In this document: piece by piece, positions 11,363 to 23,045 of the stretch
Position numbering within the stretch: position 1 is the stretch's first letter
How the letters are laid out: every line of letters starts with the position of its first letter
DNA from: Psammoneis japonica
Taxonomy: Eukaryota
Reading direction: 5' to 3'
Length of the DNA stretch: 36,357 bases
Assembly: GCA_008632985.1 (NCBI GenBank)
Contig: QPGO01000050.1
Location: 496,001 to 532,357 of the forward strand
Made by a program: the position numbers and the translations under genes
The notes under the pieces: generated by a model
Seen by the model: the letters and a program-made list of their open reading frames with translations, nothing else
What the model was told of the DNA's origin: nothing
Database searches by the model: none

Positions 11363-12691
11363 CTAATCAATAGTCAATGTTTGGCTTGATTGCTTGGTCT
11401 CGAGAAGAGCCCGGAGGTTTTCACGAACGCTGTCGGCCTTTGCCTTCAAGCTTCGATCCATCGACACCCATTTATCCAGCTGAAGTTCGATGGCTTCAGC
11501 CTTTGCGCAGAAATGGCGTTTCACGCATTCCGAAAATTCAGGATACTGACAGCGTTTTGAATCAAGTTCGCCTTTCAGAAAGTCATCCATTGCATATTGC
11601 AAGGTGTTCGAACGAACAACCTTGTTGTAGGCGGCACTTCGAGTACACCCCGATGGTGTTCCCTTCTGCCGTTCGTAACCAGGCTCGTTGAAATAGGGTT
11701 CCTGGACTAAAATAAGACCCTGAATACTTACCAACACCTGTAGCAAGGTAGATTTGTTGGAAACCCAACCGGGCCCTTGCCAAGTCCCCAAGAGACTAAG
11801 GCAAACCTTCCCGTCCTTGTAGAGGTTCGGATTGAATCTAACCCGTCCACCGCCAGTGGTCAAGAACTTGACCTTTGGTGCCTTAGCAGGATAATCATGA
11901 AGAAATACGTCAAAGAGGAAGCATCCATTGGCATAAGGAGTTCCCTCTGGACCTGTGGAGATTTTAGCAAAGGTGATAGATGCTGAGAAGGATTCCAAAC
12001 AGAGCTCCCATCAGCGAAGTACAGTACGTCACTAACCTGTAATGAGAACACGCATCAAATCCATTCTCGACTCAAGAGCCCTAACAAAGATTGAGCTGTT
12101 GGAATCCACTGGAAGATTGAGCTTGTACTCCAGCAGCTCTCCATAAATGTTATGAGCTCTGCGGAGTATCCGGCTTGGTTGATGCCGCGAGAACGAATGG
12201 CTTGCAAGAACGTCCACAAAATCAAAGCGAACCGGGCCTAAGGTCTGAAGGTAGGATCTATCGGTCTCGTTGGATCCACTTTTTGACGATTTACCACCTA
12301 GGTCAATCTCGATGGCGTCGGCAGTTGAAGGTACGGGAGACTTGAGCCGACCTTCTTTTCTGCGTCGCTTTTTCGCATGCGTCTGACTCGTAGTGTAACT
12401 ATCATCGCATAGGTCAATCACACCATCATCCTTAGGTAGAGAAGCGATCCCATATGGATTGCCCAACTGACTTGCTTTGTCACTGTCATTATCCTTAGGT
12501 AGAGAAGCGATCCCATTTGGATTTCCCAACTTGTCACCGCCGTCTTCGTCGTCGCTGCTCATCAAAAGATCCACCACTTCGATGTTTGTCGTCGAACATG
12601 ACGATTTTTGCTGTGCCGGTGGTTTCGGTTCATTGCTTTTGCAGTTCTCCTTATTGACATTCAGATCATCGTTTGTTATAGAAGACGCCAT
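11363..12691 (-). CDS. Ubiquitin-conjugating enzyme, BIRC6/UBE2O/UBE2Z-type UBC domain with a disordered N-terminus; exons 12691-12037 and 11952-11363
   Basis: [45 protein letters not shown] (catalytic Cys)..[23 protein letters not shown]. An 84-nt intron gttagt..cag lies at 12036-11953. Confidence 0.92.
12428..12530. repeat. 63-bp in-frame intragenic duplication in the E2 gene
   Basis: atccttaggtagagaagcgatccca occurs at 12428 and 12491, giving the peptides [13 protein letters not shown] and [13 protein letters not shown]. Confidence 0.9.
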
Positions 12692-12873
12692 TGTGTCAGG
12701 GATTCACGTTGACAGTGGATTGAATCAATGGGAAACGCACTGCAGCTAATCGAGCATCATTGTCGGTGCATGCCGGTCCACGCTCTGACCACCTGTCCGC
12801 CCGCCCGCGCCCGCCCCGAACCTCGTGCTTTCTGTCCGTCAGTTGTCCGCAGAGAGTGTCGTTGTGTGTTGTG

Positions 12874-13036
12874 TTCAAACATATACATGAACGAATAAAA
12901 AATCGAAAAAGCTGTACGAAATCGAAAAAACAGCACGTACATTCCAACATGCATGAACGAATAAAAAGTCAAAAAAGCTGTACAGCAAATCGGAAAAACT
13001 GCACGTACATTCAAACAAGAATGAACGTATAAAAAT
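12874..13036. repeat. Tandem repeat, ~66-68 bp unit x ~2.3
   Basis: catgaacgaataaaaa..aaaaagctgtac..aaatcg..gcacgtacattc at 12886 and 12952, with a partial third unit at ~13020. Confidence 0.85.
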
Positions 13037-13068
13037 ATAGACTCTCTCCACCCTCGAGGTTCGCCCCC

Positions 13069-16000
13069 CACCGACGGAAGTTTAAGCCAATCAGAAGAGC
13101 TTATTTCAGGTGTACACGTCGAAACCCTTAATTAAATATTTTGAAATACACATCATCTTTGTTTAACGTTTCGTTCCTCTTCTCCCGTAGACAGACACCA
13201 ACCCGACCTCAAATGGGCGCAACACACTGATGACTTCGAGTTCACTGACAAGCTCATCCCTCCATCCGACTTCAAATTTTCAACCCATTTTCGCTCTCAT
13301 TTCTCACTGAAGTTGAGCACCGCGTTGCACATGTTGTTGAGCATAAGTCCTGACGAACAACGAAAATGAAAGACTTCACCAATTGCTCCAGTAGCACCAT
13401 GGGCATTCAATCGCAGAATCGAAAGAGCCCAACGAAAAAGGCGAAGGAAAGCGCATGTTCTCGTCTCGCCCGCATCAGCACAGGCTCATCCCCATCAAAA
13501 CCAGCCCAAGGCAAGTTCAATTGAACGCATTTGGAATGGTTGACGACCGAGTTGACAATGGAAGGAAGGAATGCAAGAGATGCAAACAAGGTCCCACCTG
13601 CAAAAAGGGCCGTGACGAGACCTGTCCCCATTCAAAGCACTGCACGAAGAGTGGGATTGCGGTCGAGGCCGAGAAGAAACTCCGAGACCGTGACAACATC
13701 AGCCACAAGGTTCCAAGTGATGTGAAACACAGTGGCAGAAATTTGGACCCTTCTTTTTTTCAGCCAAGAAGCACTGTGGAATCCAAAAATGACCCTCCAC
13801 CCAACGCAAAGGACCCACCTCCGACTCCGACTGCCGTGATGACGAACGCCAGCACCACAACCAACTTGCTCGAATGCAACCCTCTCTCACCGGAAGTGCT
13901 GAAAGAAGAAGTAAAAAAGCGGATTCCAAAATTTTCTGCGAACAAGTCGGCCTGTCCAGCAAGCACACAAGCACTTGTGTCGCATCTTCACGACTTGTGC
14001 CCGTCCAGATTCAAAAGAGCGATTCGAATGACATCATTGAAGGAGACATCACGGATCGGAAGCTACAATGGTGTCAGAAGAATTTTCCTGCTGGAACTCT
14101 GTCATTCACTGTGCCACGAGATGACAAGTCCATTGCTCCAGATGCTGTGTGCTGTGAGATTGAGGGTGTCACGATTTACATTGTGCAATGGGAACTCAAT
14201 GGCATCGGCATCGAGTTGACATGTGTGGATTGCAGGGGCAGGCTCACACACCAACGATTTGATGTCAAAAGAGGCCATCCACTTGCTCCTGTTTTTGACA
14301 TCAGAGGAACTGCTGATTGGGCCAGCTCCATGTGGTGCAAATGTGACAAGTGCGGATTGTCGTGTCGCAGCAATGACGGGCGTCTCCTGCACTCTTTGCC
14401 GCTGCACCTGCAGATGGCATGCCCAGTCGATGTAAGGCATGCATTGGTAAACAACAGCTTTCACATGACAAAGACCACCACACACTGCATTGATCACATG
14501 ATGCAGCAATGTGGAAATGGCCAGGCGATTTTGGCGTTCCTACACCGAATGAGGGCGGCAGCCTGCAAGGACATGGAAATGTCCTGTTGTTCACAATCAA
14601 TCGCAGCCAAGTCTAAAAAAACAAAGGCACTTTCAGAGTTTGAAGATTGGACTGGACGATGTGGACCAACAGGAGAAAACATTCGGTCAATGTGTGATGC
14701 TGTGGCTGCCTCAGAATTGACCGAGCACGGCACCTCAGACAAGATGCATCACACGCTAGAGATGCAGTTGGTTGGGAGCAGCACAAGTGTCGCGAGTGAC
14801 CATGCTTTTGATCAGTTGAAGAACTGCTCTAAAACTGAAGCAACTGGACTCTTTGCTGTGGTGGTTGAGACCGGTGAGATTGGCTCCGCAGTTTGTGTTC
14901 CGTCCTTGGAAACCAAGGACTGTGCCCATGCAGAAGAACAATTTGCAAAACGGCCAAACGTGCATCCAAAAGTTCATTTCTCAGATGCTTGGCCGAACAA
15001 TGAATCGCTCTGGAAGGAAATGTTTGATTGTGAGATGGACTGTGTCTTGGACTGTGCACTGGATGAACCGCATCAGTCGGACTTTGCGGAAGACACACGC
15101 TGACTTCGGAAAGGCGGTTTCGGATTTGAAGCTAGCTGTGCAATGCATGGCGAGGAGCTTGATGAAGCAAGGGCAATTGAGGCGTTGGCCTCTGGCAAGC
15201 TGAATGGGAAGAAGCACACCACCAAAGAGATCCAGCAGCTCAAGGAGAGCAAGCTGTGGAAGAATTGTGCTCCCAACATTCAAAAGTGGGTGCCACCTTT
15301 GGAAGAAAGAAACAAAAATCTTGATGCGTGGTTTCAGAAGTGCAAGTGTGCCGCGTCACCTGGGGCACCACCGGCACAAGGACGATGTGACCCTGATTCT
15401 GGAAAGCCGCTCTTCACCGAGGACACAAAAGAGGCCGCAGAGAATGGAAAAAAAAAAACAGCTCCTGGTCTCTGTGAAGCAATGAGTCGGGACAAGATGC
15501 ACAGGGTGGTGCTGCCGTCGAAACACTCCAAGTCCCAATTGAACACGCACAAATCAAATGTTGGCACAGAATCAAGACTCGAAAAGTGTCACGATCTTGT
15601 CAAGAATTTTGCAAACACCGGCATGAGATCATCACTTGCCAATTGTTCATCCTTGCGAGGGACGTGTGAGCACAACTGTGACATTCGTGAACGCATTGAA
15701 ATTGATGAAATGACGCCGGAGGAACGCGCAGCGATTCCACATGCATTTCGCGGTGTGGTCGCTCACTGCAACCACAGCAGGTTGCATTTCATCAATGGGC
15801 TTGCCAGGCGTGCTGGAGTGTCACATGATGTCCACCAGAATGTTGGGCTGTTGAAGGAAGACAGTGGTGAGCGATTTTTTTCTGAGCACATGGATCAACT
15901 GGCGACGCTTGATGTGAAGGCACGTGACAACAGCAAGGACGTCAACTGGTGTCCCTTTAAACTGTGCGGGGGAGCAGCACCGAGGTCGCCGCATGCCACC

Positions 16001-16681
16001 AGATCAAATCCATGTGCCAAGAGGAGCAATGTAGAATCTATTTTGGAGCCACCAAAAAAGAAATTGGCGGTGTCAACCAATTTGGAGACACAACATGACA
16101 CAGCGTCGCGCTCCAACATGGTGGCCAGCACTGTGGAGGCGACAGCACCATGACCCGCATCCTCGACACCGACTCCTTCTGTCACAACAGCACCTCCAGC
16201 TTCCTTGCTTCAATTTAATCTGTTTGTTGTGCGGTGGGATTTGTCATGCCACCAAACAACCAGGCAATGCTGCCGCCGATCAACAATTTCTGTTGTTTCA
16301 AAGCAGCTGCTTTCCATCAGCATTTTGGGCACTGCAACGCGAGGAAGGGTTCCTCATGATCAATGGTGTTTGTTTGAGCAGTTTTAAAGCAGTTTGTGTT
16401 TCATCATGTGCAATGCCAGGACCAAAAATTAGGACCGACGGAAGACGACGGAAAACCCCCGCCATCGTCTGCATGATGTCAGCACTTCAACACTAGATTG
16501 TTGATTGCAATTTTTGTGCTTCACTTTTCCTTGCTTGTTTTGCCGCCACAAACTGCTCGAAACAACGCACTTGTGGCACCATTCAAGTCTCTTGACAGAG
16601 GCTTCCTTCTTCTCCATCTCAAAGCATTGACAAGGCTTGCTTCGCTCACCTCCCCTCCCCCCCCCCCTTCTTCCATCGGTG
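13069..16681 (+). mobile_element. Decayed DNA transposon (Mutator-like DDE); ends tentative
   Basis: Contains the transposase relic listed next. Candidate 12-bp inverted termini are CACCGACGGAAG (13069-13080) and CTTCCATCGGTG (16670-16681), each flanked by a C-run. Confidence 0.5.
13399..16153 (+). pseudogene. Frameshifted, hypermutated transposase-like gene (Mutator-type D..D..H..E arrangement)
   Basis: ORFs 13455-14219, 13874-15103, 14853-15203 and 15143-16153 join through frameshifts near 14020, 15050 and 15140. Motifs: CxxC pairs (CVDC, CDKC), VASDHAF, FSDAWP, HWMNRI and GTESRLEKCH..FANTGM. Superfamily assignment is by motif spacing only. Confidence 0.65.
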
Positions 16682-17789
16682 CCCCCCAATTTTCAGCAGT
16701 GGGGCCCTGCAGTGCAGCGTCTCCACCCACCCATGCACAACCTGAAACCCACGCATCGCGGCAATGGGCGATGGCAATTGGCTTTTGCGGGGGCTTTGCA
16801 TTGCTTTTCAATAGAGCTGAAAGGAACACCGGTGCTGTGCAGTGCGTTGTTGCTGTCAGATCAACATGCAAGAAAATGACAGCCACACAAACAGATGGAC
16901 ACGAGAGCACCATGTGCACAAACTTCTGAACAGTTGAAAAGCGTGGACTTTCATGTGGCATTTGTGCACAACACAACATGAACACTGCCATTTGTTCTGG
17001 CAAGAGCCGTTGTCGTCAAACAAAGGTGCACATGAAATCCAGTGCAAAATGTCTGACCGGCACAACAGGTGCGTTCATCTGTGCACAGCCCAACATGGTT
17101 TTGATTGGTGTTGGTTGGTTTTGTCACTGGAGATTCGCTCCCCAGCAGTGCATGCCAGCACATTTTAACACATTGTCACACCGCCACAGTGCTTCTGAAT
17201 GTTGAGGAGTGACTTTTGAGTGACGAAACCAAGCAACACCAATCCAAACCTTTACAATCATCAGCAGAAAATGCAGACGTTCAGCGCGACTCTGCGCACG
17301 TGCTTTTTCTGCATTTTTTGACAGGTTGCAGGTTTGGATTGGTGTTGGACGGTGTTCCTTCTTCACCGAGGAGATCCATTTCCCAGCGCTCAGATTTGCC
17401 ACAGCGCTGCATGTTTGCAAAAAACTGCAGCACTTCCGAATGCCGGAGAGCGAATCTAGAGTGAAGAACAGAAGCATGAACAGACGGTGAAGCCATGGCG
17501 CATCATTTACAATGACCCTGCCCACTGGCATCTCACTGTCGGTCATGGCCGTTTGTTTTCTGTGGATGGTTGACAGGTTGTGCCGGCATGTTGTCCTCGG
17601 TCGCCTGTCATTCTGCTGCTCTTCTGTCATCGCTGGCAAGCATTCCATGTCTGCCATTGCCGGCATTCATGCTCATGAGATTGCAGCATTGACTCTCGTG
17701 GCAACCCCATGGTCGGTTGGTGACAATGGCCTCCGTTCAAACGCAGCGCCCCCATCATTTTCATTGTTTGCAACAACAACAACAATGCT

Positions 17790-17853
17790 GACACACAGCA
17801 GAGGCATCATGTGCTGACCGACACACAGCAGAGGCAACATGTTGTGCTGACTG
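17790..17853. repeat. Short tandem duplication (~30-33 bp x 2)
   Basis: gacacacagcagaggcatcatgtgctgacc followed by gacacacagcagaggcaacatgttgtgctgactg. Confidence 0.8.
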
Positions 17854-20800
17854 ATGATTGAACTTGTGGCAGTGGTTGTCAATGCTGCAGCCTCGTGTTG
17901 TGGCTGCATCAACAAGGACAACAAGAAGAACAAGAAGATCATGAGGTCGCCATGCACTGGAGCCACTTGCACATGCAAGCCCAAATGCAAGGACAATGTG
18001 ACAAACACATCCAATGATGCTGAATCATCATCAAGAAGTTGTCCATGAGCCTTTGATTTTTCACATGTCCACTGCATCTCACAAGTTCTAAGCAGTGGCA
18101 TGGAAACGCGTGTGTGTCTCTTCGTTGTTGTCCTGCAATGGATTTGTCTTTCTTGGAGAATTGCCGTTGTTCTTGCGTTTGCTGCAAAATGGCTCTCTGT
18201 TTTTTTTTTCAAGAAATGTGCTCACTCACTCACGGATTTGGCTGTCTCTCATTGCAATCTGGGTTTTCAGTCCACGCTGCAATTCGTTGTGTCTCATTGG
18301 CATCCACATGAGGCGTGGTTGAACCACAGCACTCAGATTCGAAGCGAACGAAGTGTGGGATCTCATTTTGGATCTGGTGACGCGAGTTTCCAATTTTTCC
18401 AGATTTCCACTTGGTTGCATCGATTTTGCACCTCAAGTGCACTGCAGATGCTCCAGCAGTGAACCACAAGTCAAGAAGGCAAGATGGTGTGATGACAGTG
18501 TGTTGATTGTGAATTTGTTGACTCACTCAATGGGGTTTGTACGTTGTGCAGGATGTCATGGAAAGTCACAGGAAAAGCACCTCCTGCTGCCAGCATGAAA
18601 CAGATGCAGTTGCAGTTGCAAGCATGAGCTGAATTGTTTTTTGTCACATGTTTTCAAGTGGGGGCATTGACAGCACCTCAGTGCCTTCTGCCATTGCCAG
18701 CAGGCTTTGAGCAGATGGTCAAAGAGCCTCTGCCCTGCAACACTGCCATGCAAGAACTGGCCAATGATTGACACCCCCCCCCCCCCCCACTGTGATGCTG
18801 ACCCAAAGGCAGACTTTAGCAAGTGGACAAAGCCAATGGACATTGCCAGAGAAATCAGCCTTTGCATCGACAATCCACCACTGCAGCTGCATTCTGGAAG
18901 CTTGATCAAGATGTTTCCGTCTTCCAGCGAAGAAGGCGGAATGACACTCCACTTGGTGAGACAGATGAGCTTGTCCATTGCAAGCTGGTTGCCATGCTTG
19001 ATTGCCAAGCTGAAATCTGGCAACTGCACCACAAGCGCCACCATCAAGAGGGAATGTCCCTGCGATGCAGACTGAGGCTCATTGGAGCAAACAACCCAGC
19101 CTGCTGCATCTGGATTGGATCCTAGTCCTGCTGCACTTTCCAGACAAGATGCACTGCAAAAACTCTGCAGTGCCTGTCGTCATTGGTCGCAACCATTTTC
19201 CATTTGGAAAAGTGCACGAGCAACCTTTCCCAAAGTCGCCAATTTCATGCTGGTGCTGCCAATGGAGTTCATCACTTGGTGCCCGCATGCTGAAGCTGGT
19301 CTCGCTCTGTGATGGAAATGTGAACACCTGGACATTTCACCCTTCAATGTTGTTTCCTTTTGCAGGTGGGTGGTGGAGTGAGAACCAAGGATTGCACATC
19401 GTGCGAGAGATGACCAAGCCCATTGTGCAGATGTTGCTCTCAAGAAAGGGTCATTTTTTGCTGCAAGGCAGTGCAACACTTCTTGTGGAGGTGCTTGATC
19501 AGAACTTGCTTCTTCTGAAAATCGTGTCTTTTGAATCATTGCTCACGTCGTGTTTGTTGGCTGCTTTTTGTGCCGGACTGCTGATTCCGCCATGACGAGC
19601 CGTCCTTCCATGCGATTTCATGCTGCTGTCCTTTGTCCCAAAGGCGGTCTGCATGCTTGGGTCGACAGGTGAAATGGGGTCATGACAATGTCAAAGCAGG
19701 GATGGAACAATGGACGTGCACGAGAAGGACGCACACCCAAAACAAACCATTGCCACCTTTTGCATTCGTTGTTGACATGCTCTCTGGATGGCACCATCGC
19801 ATGGAGGTTGTGAAACAAATCATGGTCGCTGGATGTGAAGAAGAGAGTGACAGCCACAAGAAAAGACCATGGAACCATGCAACAAGTGAAGAAACATCAA
19901 AGCCTTGAGGATTCTTTGTTGACATGCTGCCAATCTGCTGTTCTGTGAAGCCTTTTCAGCTTGCACAATGTGCTCTAAGCTGCATGATGGGAGAGCTTCA
20001 TCCCAAACCATTGCCTGCCAATGAACAAAATGCTTTCCACTGTTCTGCCACCTCAGATGCTCCTGCAACTGATTGGACGGACAAAACTTGTTGCCCAACA
20101 ATTGCCTCATCTTGCCAGGCATTTCCCACCACACGACTCTTGGTTGTGAGTGCTCACAAATCCACATGCCCTGCGATGCAGTCCAAAGTGGTCTCATCTT
20201 TGCTCTCTTTTTGATGGCAGTCGGAGCACCGCGGGTGCAGCCGGTGTCGCCTTTTGGTCATGACTTGCAAGCTCACATGACAGATGCCTGCCCCCTTCCT
20301 GTCTCAAAATGAAAAGCAGTGACTTGTGGGTTTCTGATGGATTTGCTTTGGGGCACCCTGCGCACAGTGTAACTTGCCTTGTCCTTTGGACATGGTGGGG
20401 AGATTTGCGACCCATTCAATGCCAAGGAAGCCTTGACACAAGCACTGCCAGGTTTTGACATGCAGCTCTTTCTCCCAAACATGTCCACATGCAGAATTCT
20501 GTCCCATGTGATTTGGCCAGCACAGCAAGAGGCTTGCAATGAGCGGTTCCTGAGTCTTGGCTGTCACAATTTCGAGCAAACAATGGAAAGTTTGAGCCAC
20601 TCTATCCAGCGTTTAAGAGGGAGGCATCCATTTTTCTCCCTCTGACAGAATTCAGAATGCCTCTTTGGAATCATCTGTGCTTGGTCATCAATTTTGCTGA
20701 CGAGCTGGATTTCATGGCAATTTGATCCAAAGCAACTGTGGCATCCTCTGACATTGGCGTTTTTAAATGACAATGAACCAGTGTTTTTGTCAAGAGACTG

Positions 20801-21645
20801 CGCTTGTGCTGATGACTTGGATGCAACAAGCATGGCCTCAAGTCGCCGTGGCTGCAACATTGTCTCGAGAAAATGTGACACGCCGGTTTTAATCTCGTGG
20901 GATCATTGCAGTTTGCCGACACATTGGTCACACGTGGTCTTGGTTGCAAATGTCCATCCTGCCAAAGATGCTGGGCGGACGACAGATTCGATGATGTCTT
21001 GAGAGAATTGCAGCTGTGGGAATTGCACCATGCCTTTGTTGGAGCTGTTGAAATGAGCAGCGGAGAGTGAAAGGACGATGCCTTGTGTTCCTTCATGCTG
21101 CACAGACCAACCTGAAGGAAAGGAGCCATTCAAGTGCACATGCTTCGATGGGAAAAGGCAGAAACCACAGCAGCCAGATTAAATTTTTTCAATTGCATGC
21201 GAAACAATGTTTTTCCCTTTGTTTTTAGCCGACCGACCAAGCATCTGAAGCGTCTTTGTTTCCTTTTGCACTGCAGGCAATGAACATCATTGACGTCAGC
21301 AATGGCAGTGGTGCTGCTGCTGAAAGCGGAGATGTGGCTCTGGATGACAATGTTCTCCATTGTCGCCGCACAAGGAGAATTTCGAGCTCAAAGAAGAACA
21401 GCCTCTTTTCGAACAGCAAAAAGAGAATGTTGCGATTCTTCGGTTTTCTAAGAGATGCAGCGTCTGATGAAAAATCGCAAGAGAAAGCAAGTTTGGTGTC
21501 AACAAGGACAACAAATGAGATGTTGATTGCTGCCTTGCATGCCTCAGGCAACTGGTGAGAACTGAGTGGGAAATCCCTGGGAGACACAACAGCAAATGAT
21601 GCCGAGAACTGAGCTTGGAATTGGTGGGGTTTTCTGTGACATTGC

Positions 21646-21675
21646 TGACATGACCATTCCTGACATGACCATTCC
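21646..21675. repeat. Perfect 15-bp tandem duplication
   Basis: tgacatgaccattcc x 2. Confidence 0.85.
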
Positions 21676-22647
21676 ATGCGCCATTGGAGTCAGCGAGCAC
21701 CACATTTCTTCAAATCTGCAATCTTGCTTTTGACTTGATCATTGTGCTCCTTGGCCATTGACATTTCCACGCCTTGTCTCCCATGGCTTCGGATGCAGCT
21801 CTTTGGCCAAGTTGTCATTGTCAGTCCAAGCACCAAATTTTTTTCCCAAGAGAAGCCATGCAAGCTCTGGTGAGAGAAGAGAGTTCAATGATGGACTCTT
21901 CACTCCATCTCCTTGTCGGCAGAAACCTGACTCCTTCAATCATCTTGGTTTTCGAAGCCACCAACATGTTGCCAGGAGTGGACAGGCTGCATGATGATCT
22001 GACATGAGGGATGAAACAAAATGACACTGCATGATGCTCACCTTGCATGCCACCAGCCATGACAAAATGTGCATCAACAACCTGGGGGTTCCAGTGCAGC
22101 CATGGTCCCAGCTGCTCTGAGAACAGCAGCTGCACAGCTGGATGTCTTGACATTGCTTCCACCTGCAAGACCAAGCACTGGTGAAAAGAGTCAATTCAAA
22201 AGTGGCTCCTGCCATCATGCAGGCACAAAAGAAGCATTGAAATCTCTTGCTCAAATGCACCCACATGAAAAAGTGAACCGTTTCCAAAGATTTCCACTTT
22301 TGGCTAACCCACACCCCCAGCACACCTGTGTGCAGCAGGGGCTTGTGACAATTGGTTTAGATTGATGCCACAAGGCTGTGGCATCCACCGGAAACAGCTG
22401 ACAACAACAAAAACAGGGACCAGCACAACACAGCTTCAAAAGGAAAGTGCTCAATGCTTCAATCAGATCATCTTCCTAAGATTGAGGCTGGCGGCACAGG
22501 TGAAATGGGCAGTCTGGAAAGGTTTCAACATGAGAAGGAAAGGGACACAAATTGGCCACCAATTCACACTGAACTGGGCTCAAATTCATGCTTCTGGGAG
22601 CAGCAATGACAGAGAAGTGTTCACAGCATGGAGCAGAGAACTTTAGA

Positions 22648-23045
22648 AGACAATGGGAGGAAGGGGAGTTGTTGATGCCAGAGAGGCATGGACCAAGAGC
22701 AGCCAGCACTTTGGGAAGTTGATCATCCAAAAAGACCTTCAAGACACGCAGAAAATGTGCTGAAACTTGTGCAGACTTGTCGGCACGTGAAAGGATGGCC
22801 AATGCACACTGAGTTGGTCTCTTCTTCAAACTTCTGAAAACAGCAACGATGGGACAATGTCAGCCACACAATGCAGGAAACTCAAACAGACAACAGAGAG
22901 AAGGGGGGTCGTTGACACTTGAGAGGCATGGAGAGAGAGCATTTGGCAGTTTGACGAGTTGTCCGTTGGAAATGACTGCAGAACATGCAGAATTTGTGCT
23001 GAAACCTGTGTGGAACTTTGCACACGAGAACAGAAAATGCTGAGA
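22648..23045. repeat. Degenerate duplication with 240-bp period
   Basis: agacaa at 22648/22888, gagaggcatgga at 22681/22921, and tgtgctgaaac in both units. Confidence 0.7.

Noticed and set aside
12874..13036. CRISPR-like array
   Set aside because: Only about two whole-unit repeats with no unique spacers, in a eukaryotic context with no cas genes.
13874..16153. Alternative genetic code or natural Tyr avoidance
   Set aside because: The depletion is frame-independent, affects non-coding DNA too, and neighbouring genes use Tyr normally.
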